Part shown: piece by piece, positions 43,503-43,675 of the stretch
Layout of the letters: each line of letters opens with the position of its first letter
Numbering within the stretch: position 1 is the first letter of the stretch
Assembly: GCA_964627275.1 (NCBI GenBank)
Contig: CAZVHT010000036.1
Coordinates: 1-43,675 of the forward strand
Length of the DNA: 43,675 nucleotides
From: an uncultured Candidatus Saccharibacteria bacterium
Lineage (GTDB): Bacteria > Patescibacteriota > Minisyncoccia > Phycocordibacterales > UBA6065
Direction: 5' to 3'
Made by a program: the position numbers and the translations under genes
Notes under the pieces: generated by a model
Database searches by the model: none
The model's input: only the letters and a program-made list of their open reading frames with translations
What the model was told of the DNA's origin: nothing

Positions 43503-43675
43503 TTAAACTATAGAGGTAATGGCGACTTTAAAGTAAGGCTGACGATGACCTTGTTTTTTGAAGTATTTGCTCTTTGGTTTGTAATGAACGACTGTAACCT
43601 TTGAATCACGACCGATTTCCTTGATTTCAGCCTCTACCTTTGAACCGCTCACAAACGGAGTCCCTACGACAGTTT
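43503..43675 (-). CDS. rplU: 50S ribosomal protein L21, C-terminal part (5' end outside the window)
   Basis: Minus-strand translation gives ...VVGTPFVSGSKVEAEIKEIGRDSKVTVVHYKPKSKYFKKQGHRQPYFKVAITSIV*. It is absent from the ORF track because the start lies beyond the window. Confidence 0.75.
   Translation of the reverse strand, partial: TVVGTPFVSGSKVEAEIKEIGRDSKVTVVHYKPKSKYFKKQGHRQPYFKVAITSIV

Noticed and set aside
1-43675. tRNA, rRNA, tmRNA, RNase P RNA and SRP RNA genes.
   Set aside because: No cloverleaf-compatible segments were seen, no GGTTCGAATCC-type T-arms outside coding sequence, and no other hallmark motifs in any intergenic region. This is a by-eye scan only, so tRNAscan-SE and Infernal should confirm it.

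Overview
This is a compact, AT-leaning bacterial chromosome segment made up almost entirely of housekeeping genes. The gene content is:
- partial alaS
- infA-rpmJ-rpsM-rpsK-rpsD-rpoA-rplQ-rplM-rpsI
- grpE-dnaK-dnaJ
- hisS, trpS, an archaeal-type aspS, gltX and cysS
- scpA and scpB
- a dac-like gene, ftsW/rodA and murG
- an M23 peptidase
- rpmA, rplI and ctpA
- dnaB and recR
- a minus-strand operon: gap, rpiB, an rpe-like gene and a split transketolase
- partial rplU

Tight gene packing, the split transketolase and short aaRS genes suggest a reduced-genome lineage such as Patescibacteria/CPR. That assignment is inference only. No rRNA genes, tRNA genes or CRISPR arrays were recognised.

Stand-out observations:
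1. A visibly GC-richer island of about 2 kb (about 1322-3380) sits between alaS and an ftsA-like gene. It carries one 449-aa IS110-family-like ORF. Upstream of that ORF is an ORF-free, hairpin-dense region of about 600 nt. This region contains two homologous 67-nt hairpin modules with conserved stems and divergent interiors, so it is a candidate bridge/guide RNA. By eye, the protein appears to lack several canonical IS110 catalytic residues.
2. Two families of nested palindromic intergenic elements (seven copies) have outer stems that co-vary between copies.
3. Eight genes share a -10 box followed by 6-7 nt and then ATG, which suggests leaderless mRNAs.
4. A second GC-rich single-gene island (16116-17384) encodes an ATP-grasp-like ligase with a strong Shine-Dalgarno.
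5. A Phd/RelE-like toxin-antitoxin pair lies next to a candidate terminator/antiterminator leader.
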